Of a DNA stretch of 64,000 nucleotides, positions 49,969-64,000 are shown piece after piece (position 1 is the stretch's first letter; every line of letters begins with the position of its first letter). Where the stretch lies: the sequence record NC_054915.1; one strand, written 5' to 3'. The notes below the pieces were generated by a model. The model ran no database searches and had not been told where the DNA came from. It was given only the letters and a program-made list of their open reading frames with translations. Source of the DNA: Escherichia phage vB_EcoM_G8. Made by a program: the position numbers and the translations under genes.

Positions 49969-52900
49969 CAGTAAAAGCACCTTCAGTCACTAGTCTCAGA
50001 ATTTCCAAGTTATCCGCAAATCAGGTGCAAGTACGCTGGGATGACGTTGGTGCTAATTTCTACTATTTTGTAGAAATCGCTGAGACAAAAACAGACTCGG
50101 GGGAAAATCTCCCGAGTGATCAATATCGTTGGATTAATTTAGGGTATACAGCAAATAATAGTTTCTTTTTTGATGATGCTGATCCACTGACATCATATGT
50201 TATTAGAGTAGCTACGGCGGCTCAAGATTTTGAGCAGTCTGACTGGATTTATACCGAAGAGTTTGAAACTTTTGCTACGAATGCTTACACATTTCAAAAC
50301 ATGATTGAAATGCAATTAGCCAATAAATTCATTCAGGAAAAGTTCACTCTTAATAATTCTGATTATGTTAATTTTAATAATGACACCATAATGGCTGCAT
50401 TGATGAATGAATCATTCCAGTTCAGCCCATCGTATGTTGATGTCTCATCAATCAGTAATTTTATTATTGGTGAAAATGAGTATCATGAAATACAAGGTTC
50501 TATTCAGCAAGTATGTAAGGATATTAACCGAGTTTATTTGATGGAATCAGAAGGGATTCTATATCTTTTTGAGCGCTATCAACCCGTAGTTAAAGTATCC
50601 AATGATAAAGGACAAACTTGGAAAGCTGTAAAGCTCTTCAATGACCGCGTAGGATATCCTTTATCTAAGACTGTATATTACCAATCTGCAAACACAACAT
50701 ACGTTCTAGGATACGACAAGATTTTCTACGGCCGTAAATCTACTGATGTTAGATGGTCAGCTGATGATGTCAGATTTAGTTCACAGGATATAACATTTGC
50801 TAAACTTGGTGACCAATTGCATCTAGGATTTGATGTAGAAATTTTTGCCACTTATGCGACTTTACCAGCGAATGTATACCGCATTGCAGAAGCTATTACT
50901 TGCACGGATGATTATATCTATGTTGTTGCCAGAGATAAAGTTAGATACATAAAAACGAGTAATGCACCCATAGATTCTGATCCATTATCTCCAACATATT
51001 CGGAAAGACTTTTTGAACCTGACACAATGACTATAACCGGAAATCCTAAAGCAGTATGCTATAAAATGGATTCTATCGGTGATAAAGTTTTTGCTCTTAT
51101 TATTGGTGAAGTTGAAACATTAAATGCTAATCCGAGGACTTCAAAAATAATTGATTCTGCTGATAAAGGAATATATGTTTTAAATCATGACGAAAAAACG
51201 TGGAAAAGAGTTTTTGGTAATACCGAAGAAGAAAGAAGACGTATTCAACCCGGATATGCGAATATGTCAACTGATGGTAAATTAGTTTCTCTGTCTTCGA
51301 GTAATTTTAAATTTTTAAGTGATAATGTTGTTAATGACCCTGAAACTGCAGCAAAATATCAGTTAATTGGCGCTGTTAAATATGAATTTCCTCGTGAATG
51401 GTTAGCTGATAAGCATTATCATATGATGGCATTTATAGCGGATGAAACATCTGATTGGGAGACTTTTACTCCTCAACCAATGAAATACTACGCAGAACCG
51501 TTCTTTAACTGGTCTAAAAAATCTAACACACGTTGTTGGATAAACAACTCTGATAGAGCTGTAGTAGTTTATGCTGATTTAAAATACACCAAAGTTATAG
51601 AAAATATTCCGGAAACATCACCAGATAGATTAGTTCATGAATACTGGGATGATGGTGATTGTACTATAGTAATGCCAAATGTTAAATTCACTGGATTTAA
51701 AAAATACGCATCAGGAATGCTTTTCTATAAAGCCTCTGGTGAAATAATTTCTTACTATGATTTTAACTATCGTGTGAGAGATACAGTAGAAATTATTTGG
51801 AAGCCAACTGAAGTATTTTTAAAAGCATTTTTACAAAACCAAGAGCATGAGACTCCTTGGTCACCAGAAGAAGAGCGTGGACTAGCTGACCCCGATTTAA
51901 GACCATTAATTGGCACAATGATGCCTGATTCTTATTTGCTACAGGATTCGAATTTTGAAGCATTTTGCGAAGCATATATTCAGTATCTTTCTGATGGATA
52001 CGGAACTCAATACAATAATTTACGAAATTTAATTCGTAACAAATATCCACGAGAAAAGCATGCATGGGAATATTTGTGGTCAGAGATATATAAAAGAAAC
52101 ATTTATTTAAATGCTGATAAACGCGATGCTGTTACGAGATTCTTTGAATCACGTAGCTACGATTTTTATTCTACTAAAGGAATTGAAGCATCATACAAGT
52201 TTCTTTTTAAAGTTCTTTATAATGAAGAAGTTGAAATTGAAATTGAATCTGGGGCTGGTACTGAATATGACATAATCGTTCAATCTGATTCTTTAACTGA
52301 AGATTTAGTAGGACAAACGATTTATACGGCAACAGGAAGATGTAATGTTACTTATATAGAAAGAAGCTATTCTAATGGTAAATTGCAATGGACAGTAACT
52401 ATTCATAATCTTTTGGGAAGATTAATTGCTGGTCAAGAAGTTAAAGCAGAAAGACTCCCTAGTTTTGAAGGCGAAATTATTCGTGGGGTTAAAGGAAAGG
52501 ATTTGCTTCAAAACAATATAGACTATATTAATAGAAGTAGATCATACTATGTAATGAAAATTAAATCCAATTTACCTTCTTCCCGCTGGAAATCTGACGT
52601 TATTCGTTTTGTTCATCCGGTAGGATTTGGATTTATAGCAATTACACTTTTAACAATGTTTATTAATGTTGGTTTAACTCTTAAACACACAGAGACTATA
52701 ATTAATAAATACAAAAACTATAAATGGGATTCTGGATTGCCTACTGAATATGCTGATAGAGTAGCTAAATTGGCTCCAACTGGTGAAATTGAGCATGATT
52801 CGGTAACAGGCGAAGCAATTTATGAGCCTGGCCCAATGGCTGGTGTAAAATATCCTCTTCCTGATGACTATAATGCTGAAAATAATAATTCAATATTTCA

Positions 52901-53063
52901 AGGTCAATTGCCGTCTGAACGACGTAAATTAATGAGTCCTTTATTTGATGCATCTGGAACAACATTTGCGCAATTTAGAGATTTAGTTAATAAACGTCTA
53001 AAAGATAATATAGGAAATCCAAGAGACCCTGAAAATCCAACACAGGTTAAAATAGATGAATGA
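49965..53063 (+). CDS. 7: Baseplate wedge protein gp7
   Basis: 1032 aa; size and order as T4 gp7. Confidence 0.95.
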   Translation: MTVKAPSVTSLRISKLSANQVQVRWDDVGANFYYFVEIAETKTDSGENLPSDQYRWINLGYTANNSFFFDDADPLTSYVIRVATAAQDFEQSDWIYTEEFETFATNAYTFQNMIEMQLANKFIQEKFTLNNSDYVNFNNDTIMAALMNESFQFSPSYVDVSSISNFIIGENEYHEIQGSIQQVCKDINRVYLMESEGILYLFERYQPVVKVSNDKGQTWKAVKLFNDRVGYPLSKTVYYQSANTTYVLGYDKIFYGRKSTDVRWSADDVRFSSQDITFAKLGDQLHLGFDVEIFATYATLPANVYRIAEAITCTDDYIYVVARDKVRYIKTSNAPIDSDPLSPTYSERLFEPDTMTITGNPKAVCYKMDSIGDKVFALIIGEVETLNANPRTSKIIDSADKGIYVLNHDEKTWKRVFGNTEEERRRIQPGYANMSTDGKLVSLSSSNFKFLSDNVVNDPETAAKYQLIGAVKYEFPREWLADKHYHMMAFIADETSDWETFTPQPMKYYAEPFFNWSKKSNTRCWINNSDRAVVVYADLKYTKVIENIPETSPDRLVHEYWDDGDCTIVMPNVKFTGFKKYASGMLFYKASGEIISYYDFNYRVRDTVEIIWKPTEVFLKAFLQNQEHETPWSPEEERGLADPDLRPLIGTMMPDSYLLQDSNFEAFCEAYIQYLSDGYGTQYNNLRNLIRNKYPREKHAWEYLWSEIYKRNIYLNADKRDAVTRFFESRSYDFYSTKGIEASYKFLFKVLYNEEVEIEIESGAGTEYDIIVQSDSLTEDLVGQTIYTATGRCNVTYIERSYSNGKLQWTVTIHNLLGRLIAGQEVKAERLPSFEGEIIRGVKGKDLLQNNIDYINRSRSYYVMKIKSNLPSSRWKSDVIRFVHPVGFGFIAITLLTMFINVGLTLKHTETIINKYKNYKWDSGLPTEYADRVAKLAPTGEIEHDSVTGEAIYEPGPMAGVKYPLPDDYNAENNNSIFQGQLPSERRKLMSPLFDASGTTFAQFRDLVNKRLKDNIGNPRDPENPTQVKIDE

Positions 53064-54060
53064 TTCAAGTGTTATCTATCGTGCGATAGTTACTTCAAAA
53101 TTTAGAACAGAAAAAATGTTGAATTTTTATAATTCAATTGGAAGTGGTCCGGATAAAAACACTATCTTTATCACATTTGGAAGATCAGAACCGTGGTCAT
53201 CAAATGAAAATGAGGCGGGCTTTGCCCCGCCTTATCCCACTGATTCTGTATTAGGTGTAACTGACATGTGGACGCATATGATGGGAACAGTAAAAGTTCT
53301 TCCATCAATGCTTGATGCAGTTATTCCTCGTAGAGATTGGGGAGATACTCGATATCCTGATCCATACACATTTAGAATTAATGACATTGTAGTGTGTAAC
53401 TCAGCTCCTTACAACGCTACTGAATCAGGCGCAGGCTGGTTAGTATATCGTTGTTTAGATGTTCCTGATACCGGAATGTGTTCAATCGCATCTTTAACTG
53501 ATAAGGATGAATGCCTTAAATTGGGTGGAAAATGGACTCCTTCTGCTAGGTCAATGACTCCTCCTGAAGGTCGAGGAGATGCTGAAGGAACAATTGAACC
53601 TGGGGACGGGTATGTGTGGGAATATCTATTTGAGATTCCGCCTGATGTATCTATAAATAGATGCACGAATGAATATATCGTGGTTCCTTGGCCTGAGGAA
53701 TTAAAAGAAGACCCGACTAGATGGGGGTATGAAGATAATCTCACTTGGCAACAAGATGATTTTGGATTAATTTACCGTGTTAAGGCAAATACTATCCGTT
53801 TTAAAGCATATTTAGATTCAGTTTATTTTCCTGAAGCTGCATTGCCAGGAAATAAAGGATTTAGACAAATATCAATAATCACGAATCCTCTTGAAGCTAA
53901 AGCTCATCCAAATGACCCAAACGTTAAAGCTGAAAAGGATTATTATGATCCGGAAGATTTAATGAGGCATTCGGGCGAAATGATTTATATGGAAAATAGG
54001 CCACCTATTATCATGGCAATGGATCAAACAGAAGAAATCAATATTCTGTTTACATTTTAA
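53056..54060 (+). CDS. 8: Baseplate wedge protein gp8
   Basis: 334 aa; size and order as T4 gp8. Confidence 0.95.
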   Translation: MNDSSVIYRAIVTSKFRTEKMLNFYNSIGSGPDKNTIFITFGRSEPWSSNENEAGFAPPYPTDSVLGVTDMWTHMMGTVKVLPSMLDAVIPRRDWGDTRYPDPYTFRINDIVVCNSAPYNATESGAGWLVYRCLDVPDTGMCSIASLTDKDECLKLGGKWTPSARSMTPPEGRGDAEGTIEPGDGYVWEYLFEIPPDVSINRCTNEYIVVPWPEELKEDPTRWGYEDNLTWQQDDFGLIYRVKANTIRFKAYLDSVYFPEAALPGNKGFRQISIITNPLEAKAHPNDPNVKAEKDYYDPEDLMRHSGEMIYMENRPPIIMAMDQTEEINILFTF

Positions 54061-54065
54061 ATTAA

Positions 54066-54088
54066 GGGAGCCCATGGGCTCCCTTTTT
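54066..54088 (+). terminator. Rho-independent terminator after gene 8
   Basis: GGGAGCCCAUGGGCUCCC hairpin followed by UUUUU. Confidence 0.65.
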
Positions 54089-54091
54089 CTT

Positions 54092-54099
54092 TATAAATA
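54092..54099 (+). promoter_or_regulatory. T4-type late promoter for gene 9
   Basis: Exact TATAAATA 24 nt upstream of ATG 54124. Confidence 0.6.
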
Positions 54100-54123
54100 C
54101 TATAAACTCATAAGGAAACCGCT

Positions 54124-54990
54124 ATGTTCATTCAAGAACCAAAGAAATTGATTGATACCGGCGAAATTGGTAACGCTTCTACTGGTGATATCTTATTCGA
54201 CGGTGGTAATAAAATTAATAGTGATTTTAACGCAATTTATAATGCGTTTGGCGATCAGCGTAAAATGGCAGTAGCAAATGGCACTGGAGCAGATGGTCAA
54301 ATTATCCATGCTACTGGATATTATCAAAAACACACTATCGCAGAGTACGCAACTCCAGTGAAAGTTGGCACTAGACATGATATTGATACCTCTACTGTAG
54401 GTGTTAAAGTTATCATTGAAAGAGGCGAACTCGGCGATTGTGTTGAATTCATTAACTCTAATGGATCAATATCAGTTACTAATCCTTTGACAATTCAAGC
54501 TATTGATTCAATTAAAGGTGTTTCAGGTAATTTAGTAGTAACTAGCCCATATAGTAAAGTAACTTTACGCTGTATTTCATCTGATAATTCTACTTCGGTT
54601 TGGAATTATTCTATTGAAAGCATGTTTGGACAAAGGGAATCACCAGCTGAAGGTACATGGAATATTTCTACATCCGGATCAGTCGATATTCCATTATTTC
54701 ATCGTACTGAATACAATATGGCTAAATTGCTAGTTACGTGCCAATCGGTAGATGGAAGAAAAATTAAAACAGCAGAAATAAATATTCTTGTGGATACTGT
54801 TAATTCAGAGGTCATTTCTTCTGAATATGCTGTCATGCGAGTTGGGAATGAAACCGAAGAAGACGAAATCGCTAATATTGCATTTAGTATTAAAGAAAAC
54901 TATGTAACGGCGACTATAAGTTCTTCAACTGTCGGTATGAGAGCAGCAGTTAAAGTTATCGCTACGCAGAAAATCGGGGTGGCTCAATAA
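54124..54990 (+). CDS. 9: Baseplate protein gp9 (long tail fibre socket)
   Basis: 288 aa; size and order as T4 gp9. Confidence 0.95.
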   Translation: MFIQEPKKLIDTGEIGNASTGDILFDGGNKINSDFNAIYNAFGDQRKMAVANGTGADGQIIHATGYYQKHTIAEYATPVKVGTRHDIDTSTVGVKVIIERGELGDCVEFINSNGSISVTNPLTIQAIDSIKGVSGNLVVTSPYSKVTLRCISSDNSTSVWNYSIESMFGQRESPAEGTWNISTSGSVDIPLFHRTEYNMAKLLVTCQSVDGRKIKTAEINILVDTVNSEVISSEYAVMRVGNETEEDEIANIAFSIKENYVTATISSSTVGMRAAVKVIATQKIGVAQ

Positions 54991-56798
54991 TGAAACAAAA
55001 TATTAATATCGGTAATGTTGTAGATGATGGTACCGGTGACTACCTGCGTAAAGGTGGTATAAAAATAAATGAAAACTTTGATGAGCTTTATTATGAACTC
55101 GGTGATGGTGATGTTCCATATTCAGCCGGTGCCTGGAAAACTTATAATGCTTCATCAGGACAAACATTAACAGCAGAATGGGGAAAATCATACGCTATTA
55201 ATACATCTTCTGGAAGAGTGACTATAAATCTTCCAAAGGGTACAGTTAATGATTACAACAAGGTAATTAGAGCTAGAGACGTATTTGCTACATGGAACGT
55301 CAACCCAGTTACACTAGTAGCTGCTTCCGGTGATACGATTAAAGGGTCTGCAGTACCAGTTGAAATTAATGTTCAATTCAGCGATTTAGAACTAGTGTAT
55401 TGTGCCCCAGGACGTTGGGAATATGTCAAAAATAAACAAATTGACAAAATTACCAGTTCAGACATTAGTAATGTAGCTCGTAAAGAATTTTTAGTCGAAG
55501 TCCAAGGACAAACGGACTTTTTAGATGTTTTCCGTGGAACTAGTTATAATGTAAATAACATCAGAGTAAAACATCGCGGTAACGAATTGTATTACGGTGA
55601 TGTGTTTAGCGAAAACAGCGATTTTGGCTCTCCGGGCGAAAATGAAGGAGAACTAGTTCCTCTTGATGGATTTAATATTCGATTAAGACAGCCTTGTAAT
55701 ATTGGTGACACTGTTCAAATTGAAACATTTATGGATGGTGTATCGCAGTGGAGAAGTTCATATACAAGACGTCAAATTAGATTGTTAGATTCAAAATTAA
55801 CGTCAAAAACTTCTTTAGAAGGAAGCATTTACGTTACTGATTTATCAACAATGAAATCAATTCCATTTTCTGCTTTTGGATTAATTCCAGGAGAACCTAT
55901 TAATCCTAACTCTCTTGAGGTTCGTTTTAACGGAATTTTGCAGGAATTGGCTGGCACAGTTGGAATGCCATTATTTCATTGTATTGGTGCCGATTCAGAC
56001 GATGAAGTAGAATGCTCTGTTTTAGGTGGAACTTGGGAACAATCTCATACCGATTATTCAGTTGAAACTGATGAAAATGGCATACCGGAAATTTTACATT
56101 TTGATAGAGTATTTGAGCATGGTGACATTATCAATATCACCTGGTTTAATAATGATTTGGGTACATTATTGACAAAAGATGAGATTATTGATGAAACTGA
56201 TAATCTCTATGTATCGCAAGGACCGGGAGTAGATATTTCTGGTGATGTAAATTTAACAGACTTCGATAAAATTGGTTGGCCAAATGTAGAAGCAGTTCAA
56301 TCTTATCAACGCGAATTTAATGCTGTTTCAAATATCTTTGATACGATTTATCCTATTGGAACTATATATGAAAACGCTGTTAATCCAAACAACCCTGTTA
56401 CATATATGGGATTCGGCTCATGGAAATTATTTGGGCAAGGAAAAGTTTTAGTTGGATGGAATGAAGATATTTCGGACCCTAACTTTGCTCTAAATAACAA
56501 CGATTTAGATTCGGGTGGAAGTCCTTCGCATACTGCAGGTGGAACAGGTGGTTCTACTTCGGTTACATTGGAAAATGCTAATCTTCCTGCAACTGAAACA
56601 GATGAAGAAGTTCTAATAGTTGATGAAAATGGATCAGTCATTGTTGGTGGGTGTCAATACGATCCAGATGAATCCGGTCCAATTTACACTAAATACCGTG
56701 AAGCTAAAGCATCTACTAACTCTACTCACACTCCGCCAACATCAATAACTAACATTCAACCATATATTACAGTTTATCGTTGGATAAGGATTGCATAA
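54990..56798 (+). CDS. 10: Baseplate wedge protein gp10
   Basis: 602 aa; size and order as T4 gp10. Confidence 0.95.
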   Translation: MKQNINIGNVVDDGTGDYLRKGGIKINENFDELYYELGDGDVPYSAGAWKTYNASSGQTLTAEWGKSYAINTSSGRVTINLPKGTVNDYNKVIRARDVFATWNVNPVTLVAASGDTIKGSAVPVEINVQFSDLELVYCAPGRWEYVKNKQIDKITSSDISNVARKEFLVEVQGQTDFLDVFRGTSYNVNNIRVKHRGNELYYGDVFSENSDFGSPGENEGELVPLDGFNIRLRQPCNIGDTVQIETFMDGVSQWRSSYTRRQIRLLDSKLTSKTSLEGSIYVTDLSTMKSIPFSAFGLIPGEPINPNSLEVRFNGILQELAGTVGMPLFHCIGADSDDEVECSVLGGTWEQSHTDYSVETDENGIPEILHFDRVFEHGDIINITWFNNDLGTLLTKDEIIDETDNLYVSQGPGVDISGDVNLTDFDKIGWPNVEAVQSYQREFNAVSNIFDTIYPIGTIYENAVNPNNPVTYMGFGSWKLFGQGKVLVGWNEDISDPNFALNNNDLDSGGSPSHTAGGTGGSTSVTLENANLPATETDEEVLIVDENGSVIVGGCQYDPDESGPIYTKYREAKASTNSTHTPPTSITNIQPYITVYRWIRIA

Positions 56799-57457
56799 TG
56801 AGTTTACTTAATAATAAAGCGGGAGTTATTTCCCGCTTAGCTGATTTTCTTGGTTTTAGACCTAAAGCTGGTAATATAGATGTAATGAATCGTCAATCAG
56901 TTGGGTCAGTGACAATTTCTCAATTAGCGAAAGGATTTTATGAACCAAACGTAGAATCAGCTATTAATGACGTTCATAATTTTTCTATAAAAGACGTTGG
57001 TACAATTATTACTAATAAAACTGGTGTTTCTCCTGAGGGTGTTTCTCAAACTGATTATTGGGCATTTTCTGGAACTGTAACAGACGATTCTCTTCCTCCT
57101 GGTTCTCCTGTTACGGTATTAGTATTTGGTCTTCCAGTTTCAGCAACAACTGGAATGACGGCGATTGAGTTTGTTGCAAAAGTTCGTGTTGCCCTTCAAG
57201 AAGCTATTGCGTCATTTACTGCTATCAACTCATATAAAGACCATCCAACAGATGGTAGTAAATTAGAAGTTACTTATTTAGATAATCAAAAACATGTATT
57301 AAGCACATATTCTACATATGGAATAACTATTTCGCAGGAAATTATTTCTGAGTCTAAACCTGGCTATGGTACATGGAATTTATTGGGCGCACAAACGGTA
57401 ACTTTAGATAATCAGCAGACTCCTACAGTATTTTATCATTTTGAGAGAACAGCATGA
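56798..57457 (+). CDS. 11: Baseplate wedge protein gp11 (short tail fibre attachment)
   Basis: 219 aa from ATG 56798 overlapping gp10 stop (TAATG). Confidence 0.9.
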   Translation: MSLLNNKAGVISRLADFLGFRPKAGNIDVMNRQSVGSVTISQLAKGFYEPNVESAINDVHNFSIKDVGTIITNKTGVSPEGVSQTDYWAFSGTVTDDSLPPGSPVTVLVFGLPVSATTGMTAIEFVAKVRVALQEAIASFTAINSYKDHPTDGSKLEVTYLDNQKHVLSTYSTYGITISQEIISESKPGYGTWNLLGAQTVTLDNQQTPTVFYHFERTA

Positions 57458-59037
57458 GTAATAATACATATCAACACGTTTCTAATGAATCTCGTTATGT
57501 AAAATTTGATCCTACCGATACGAATTTTCCACCAGAGATTACTGATGTTCAGGCTGCTATAGCAGCCATTTCTCCTGCTGGCGTAAATGGAGTTCCTGAT
57601 GCATCGTCAACAACAAAGGGAATTTTATTTCTTGCCACTGAACAGGAAGTTATAGATGGAACTAATAATACCAAAGCAGTTACACCAGCAACGTTGGCAA
57701 CAAGATTATCATATCCAAACGCAACTGAAACTGTTTACGGATTAACAAGATATTCAACCAATGATGAAGCCATTGCCGGAGTTAATAACGAATCTTCTAT
57801 AACTCCAGCTAAATTTACTGTTGCTCTTAATAATGCGTTTGAAACACGAGTTTCAACTGAATCCTCGAATGGTGTTATTAAAATTTCATCTCTACCGCAA
57901 GCATTAGCTGGTGCAGATGATACTACTGCAATGACTCCATTAAAAACACAGCAGTTAGCTATTAAATTAATTGCGCAAATTGCTCCTTCTGAAACCACAG
58001 CTACCGAATCGGACCAAGGCGTTGTTCAATTAGCAACAGTAGCGCAGGTTCGTCAGGGAACTTTAAGAGAAGGCTATGCAATTTCTCCTTATACGTTTAT
58101 GAATTCATCTGCTACTGAAGAATATAAAGGCGTAATTAAATTAGGAACACAATCAGAAGTTAACTCGAATAATGCTTCTGTTGCGGTTACTGGCGCAACT
58201 CTTAATGGTCGTGGTTCTACAACGTCAATGAGAGGCGTAGTTAAATTAACAACAACGGCCGGTTCACAAAGCGGAGGCGATGCTTCATCAGCACTAGCTT
58301 GGAATGCTGACGTTATCCACCAAAGAGGCGGTCAAACTATTAATGGAACACTCCGCATTAATAACACGCTCACGATAGCTTCAGGTGGAGCAAATATTAC
58401 CGGAACAGTTAACATGACCGGTGGTTATATTCAAGGTAAGCGTGTCGTAACACAAAATGAAATTGATAGAACTATTCCTGTCGGAGCTATTATGATGTGG
58501 GCCGCTGATAGTCTTCCTAGTGATGCTTGGCGTTTTTGTCACGGTGGAACTGTTTCAGCGTCAGATTGTCCATTATATGCTTCTAGAATTGGAACAAGAT
58601 ACGGCGGAAGCTCATCAAATCCTGGATTGCCTGACATGCGTGGTCTTTTTGTTCGTGGCTCTGGTCGTGGCTCTCACTTAACAAATCCAAATGTTAATGG
58701 TAATGACCAATTTGGTAAACCTAGATTAGGTGTAGGTTGTACTGGTGGATATGTCGGTGAAGTACAAAAACAGCAGATGTCTTATCATAAACATGCTGGT
58801 GGATTTGGTGAGCATGATGATTCTGGGGCATTCGGTAATACCCGTAGATCAAATTTTGTTGGTACACGTAAAGGACTTGACTGGGATAACCGTTCATACT
58901 TCACCAATGACGGATATGAAATTGACCCAGAATCGCAGCGTAATTCCAAATATACATTAAATCGTCCTGAATTAATTGGAAATGAAACACGTCCATGGAA
59001 CATTTCTTTAAACTACATAATTAAGGTAAAAGAATGA
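57454..59037 (+). CDS. 12: Short tail fibre protein gp12
   Basis: 527 aa; repetitive beta-rich fibre sequence; size and order as T4 gp12. Confidence 0.95.
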   Translation: MSNNTYQHVSNESRYVKFDPTDTNFPPEITDVQAAIAAISPAGVNGVPDASSTTKGILFLATEQEVIDGTNNTKAVTPATLATRLSYPNATETVYGLTRYSTNDEAIAGVNNESSITPAKFTVALNNAFETRVSTESSNGVIKISSLPQALAGADDTTAMTPLKTQQLAIKLIAQIAPSETTATESDQGVVQLATVAQVRQGTLREGYAISPYTFMNSSATEEYKGVIKLGTQSEVNSNNASVAVTGATLNGRGSTTSMRGVVKLTTTAGSQSGGDASSALAWNADVIHQRGGQTINGTLRINNTLTIASGGANITGTVNMTGGYIQGKRVVTQNEIDRTIPVGAIMMWAADSLPSDAWRFCHGGTVSASDCPLYASRIGTRYGGSSSNPGLPDMRGLFVRGSGRGSHLTNPNVNGNDQFGKPRLGVGCTGGYVGEVQKQQMSYHKHAGGFGEHDDSGAFGNTRRSNFVGTRKGLDWDNRSYFTNDGYEIDPESQRNSKYTLNRPELIGNETRPWNISLNYIIKVKE

Positions 59038-60497
59038 CAGATATTGTACTGAATGACTTACCATTCGTTGACGGCCCTCCTGCAAAGGGCCAGAGCCGCA
59101 TTTCCTGGATTAAAAACGGCGAAGAAATATTAGGAGCTGACACGCAGTATGGAAGCGAAGGTTCAATGAATAGACCTACAGTTTCTGTACTAAGAAATGT
59201 CGAAGTTCTCGATAAAAACATTGGAATACTTAAAACATCTTTAGAAACCGCAAATAGTGATATTAAAACAATTCAGGGCATCTTAGATGTATCTGGTGAT
59301 ATTGAAGCTTTAGCCCAAATAGGTATCAATAAAAAGGATATTTCTGACCTCAAAACGCTAACCAGTGAACATACAGAAATATTAAATGGAACTAATAGTA
59401 CGGTTGACAGTATTCTTGCTGATATTGGTCCATTTAACTCTGAGGCCAACTCTGTATACAGAACAATCAGAAATGATTTACTGTGGATAAAGCGTGAACT
59501 TGGACAATACACTGGTCAAGATATTAATGGTCTTCCTGTTGTAGGAAATCCTAGTAGTGGAATGAAGCATCGCATTATTAATAATACTGATGCCATTACT
59601 TCACAGGGAATACGTTTAAGCGAATTAGAAACAAAATTTATTGAATCTGATGTAGGTTCTTTGACTATTGAAGTTGGTAATCTTCGTGAAGAGCTTGGAC
59701 CGAAACCACCATCATTTTCACAAAACGTTTATAGTCGTTTAAATGAAATTGACACTAAACAGACAACAGTTGAGTCTGACATTAGTGCTATTAAGACCTC
59801 AATAGGATATCCAGGAAATAATTCGATTATCACGAGTGTTAATACAAACACTGATAATATTGCATCTATTAATTTAGAGCTAAATCAAAGTGGAGGTATT
59901 AAACAACGTTTAACCGTTATTGAAACTTCTATTGGTTCAGACGATATTCCTTCGAGTATTAAAGGTCAAATCAAAGATAATACAACTTCAATCGAATCTC
60001 TGAATGGAATCGTCGGTGAAAACACTTCATCTGGTTTAAGAGCGAATGTTTCATGGTTAAACCAAATTGTTGGAACTGATTCTAGCGGTGGACAACCTTC
60101 TCCTCCTGGGTCTCTTTTAAACCGAGTTTCTACAATTGAAACTTCTGTTTCAGGCTTGAATAACGATGTTCAAAACCTACAAGTAGAGATTGGGAATAAC
60201 AGCACAGGAATTAAAGGGCAAGTTGTAGCGTTAAATACTTTAGTAAATGGAACTAATCCAAACGGTTCAACAGTCGAAGAACGTGGATTAACCAATTCAA
60301 TAAAAGCTAACGAAACTAACATTGCATCAGTTACACAAGAAGTGAATACAGCTAAAGGCAATATATCTTCTTTACAAGGCGATGTTCAAGCTCTCCAAGA
60401 AGCCGGTTATATTCCTGAAGCGCCAAGAGATGGGCAAGCTTACGTTCGTAAAGACGGCGAATGGGTATTGCTTTCTACCTTTTTATCACCAGCATAA
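59034..60497 (+). CDS. wac: Fibritin (whiskers, neck)
   Basis: 487 aa; segmented coiled coil with C-terminal foldon [27 protein letters not shown]. Confidence 0.95.
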   Translation: MTDIVLNDLPFVDGPPAKGQSRISWIKNGEEILGADTQYGSEGSMNRPTVSVLRNVEVLDKNIGILKTSLETANSDIKTIQGILDVSGDIEALAQIGINKKDISDLKTLTSEHTEILNGTNSTVDSILADIGPFNSEANSVYRTIRNDLLWIKRELGQYTGQDINGLPVVGNPSSGMKHRIINNTDAITSQGIRLSELETKFIESDVGSLTIEVGNLREELGPKPPSFSQNVYSRLNEIDTKQTTVESDISAIKTSIGYPGNNSIITSVNTNTDNIASINLELNQSGGIKQRLTVIETSIGSDDIPSSIKGQIKDNTTSIESLNGIVGENTSSGLRANVSWLNQIVGTDSSGGQPSPPGSLLNRVSTIETSVSGLNNDVQNLQVEIGNNSTGIKGQVVALNTLVNGTNPNGSTVEERGLTNSIKANETNIASVTQEVNTAKGNISSLQGDVQALQEAGYIPEAPRDGQAYVRKDGEWVLLSTFLSPA

Positions 60498-60500
60498 CAT

Positions 60501-60516
60501 GGGGCCGCAAGGCCCC
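60501..60516 (+). other. GC-rich stem-loop after wac (RNA structure, weak terminator)
   Basis: GGGGCCGCAAGGCCCC hairpin with GCAA loop; no downstream U-run. Confidence 0.4.
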
Positions 60517-60528
60517 AAAGGATTTTAA

Positions 60529-62230
<1,702 letters not shown>

Positions 62231-62271
62231 TAAATATTATAAACTAATTAAAGCCCAGATTAGGAGAAATC

Positions 62272-64000
<1,729 letters not shown>

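Overview
This window is a segment of a T4-type (Tevenvirinae, T4-like) myovirus genome, recognised from the sequence and from recalled T4 proteins; no database search was run. Positions 1-43555 are minus-strand early/middle genes: 46 (partial), 47, a-gt, 55, nrdH-like, nrdG, nrdD split by a 1033-nt group I intron carrying I-TevII, 49, nrdC, a long run of small ORFs, rI, tk, regB, a GrcA-like glycyl-radical protein, internal-protein genes, e, nudE, the 8-tRNA cluster with segB, 57B/57A, 1, 3, 2 and 4. Positions 43603-64000 are plus-strand late genes in T4 order: 53, 5, 6, 7, 8, 9, 10, 11, 12, wac, 13, 14, 15, 16 and the start of 17. Most of the window is conserved T4-like backbone. The places that look accessory or unusual are: (1) a 678-aa uncharacterised ORF filling the whole gene 5 - gene 6 interval, where I recall T4 having small ORFs including the PAAR spike-tip gene 5.4; (2) a denV (endonuclease V) C-terminal remnant next to a novel ORF with a capsid-targeting leader, directly downstream of e; (3) five ORFs with MKTY-type capsid-targeting leaders, one in a late-promoter cassette flanked by duplicated terminators; (4) a macro-domain-like ORF followed by two signal-peptide proteins, one lytic-transglycosylase-like; (5) an adjacent P-loop ATPase and nucleotidyltransferase-fold pair; (6) three homing-endonuclease genes (HNH, I-TevII, Seg-like GIY-YIG, plus segB); (7) repeated early-promoter/stem-loop cassettes. 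Coordinates of small hypothetical ORFs follow the supplied ORF track unless a start was re-derived by hand. Nothing here is proven novel: gene names rest on motifs and memory, and each candidate needs a comparison against T4 references.
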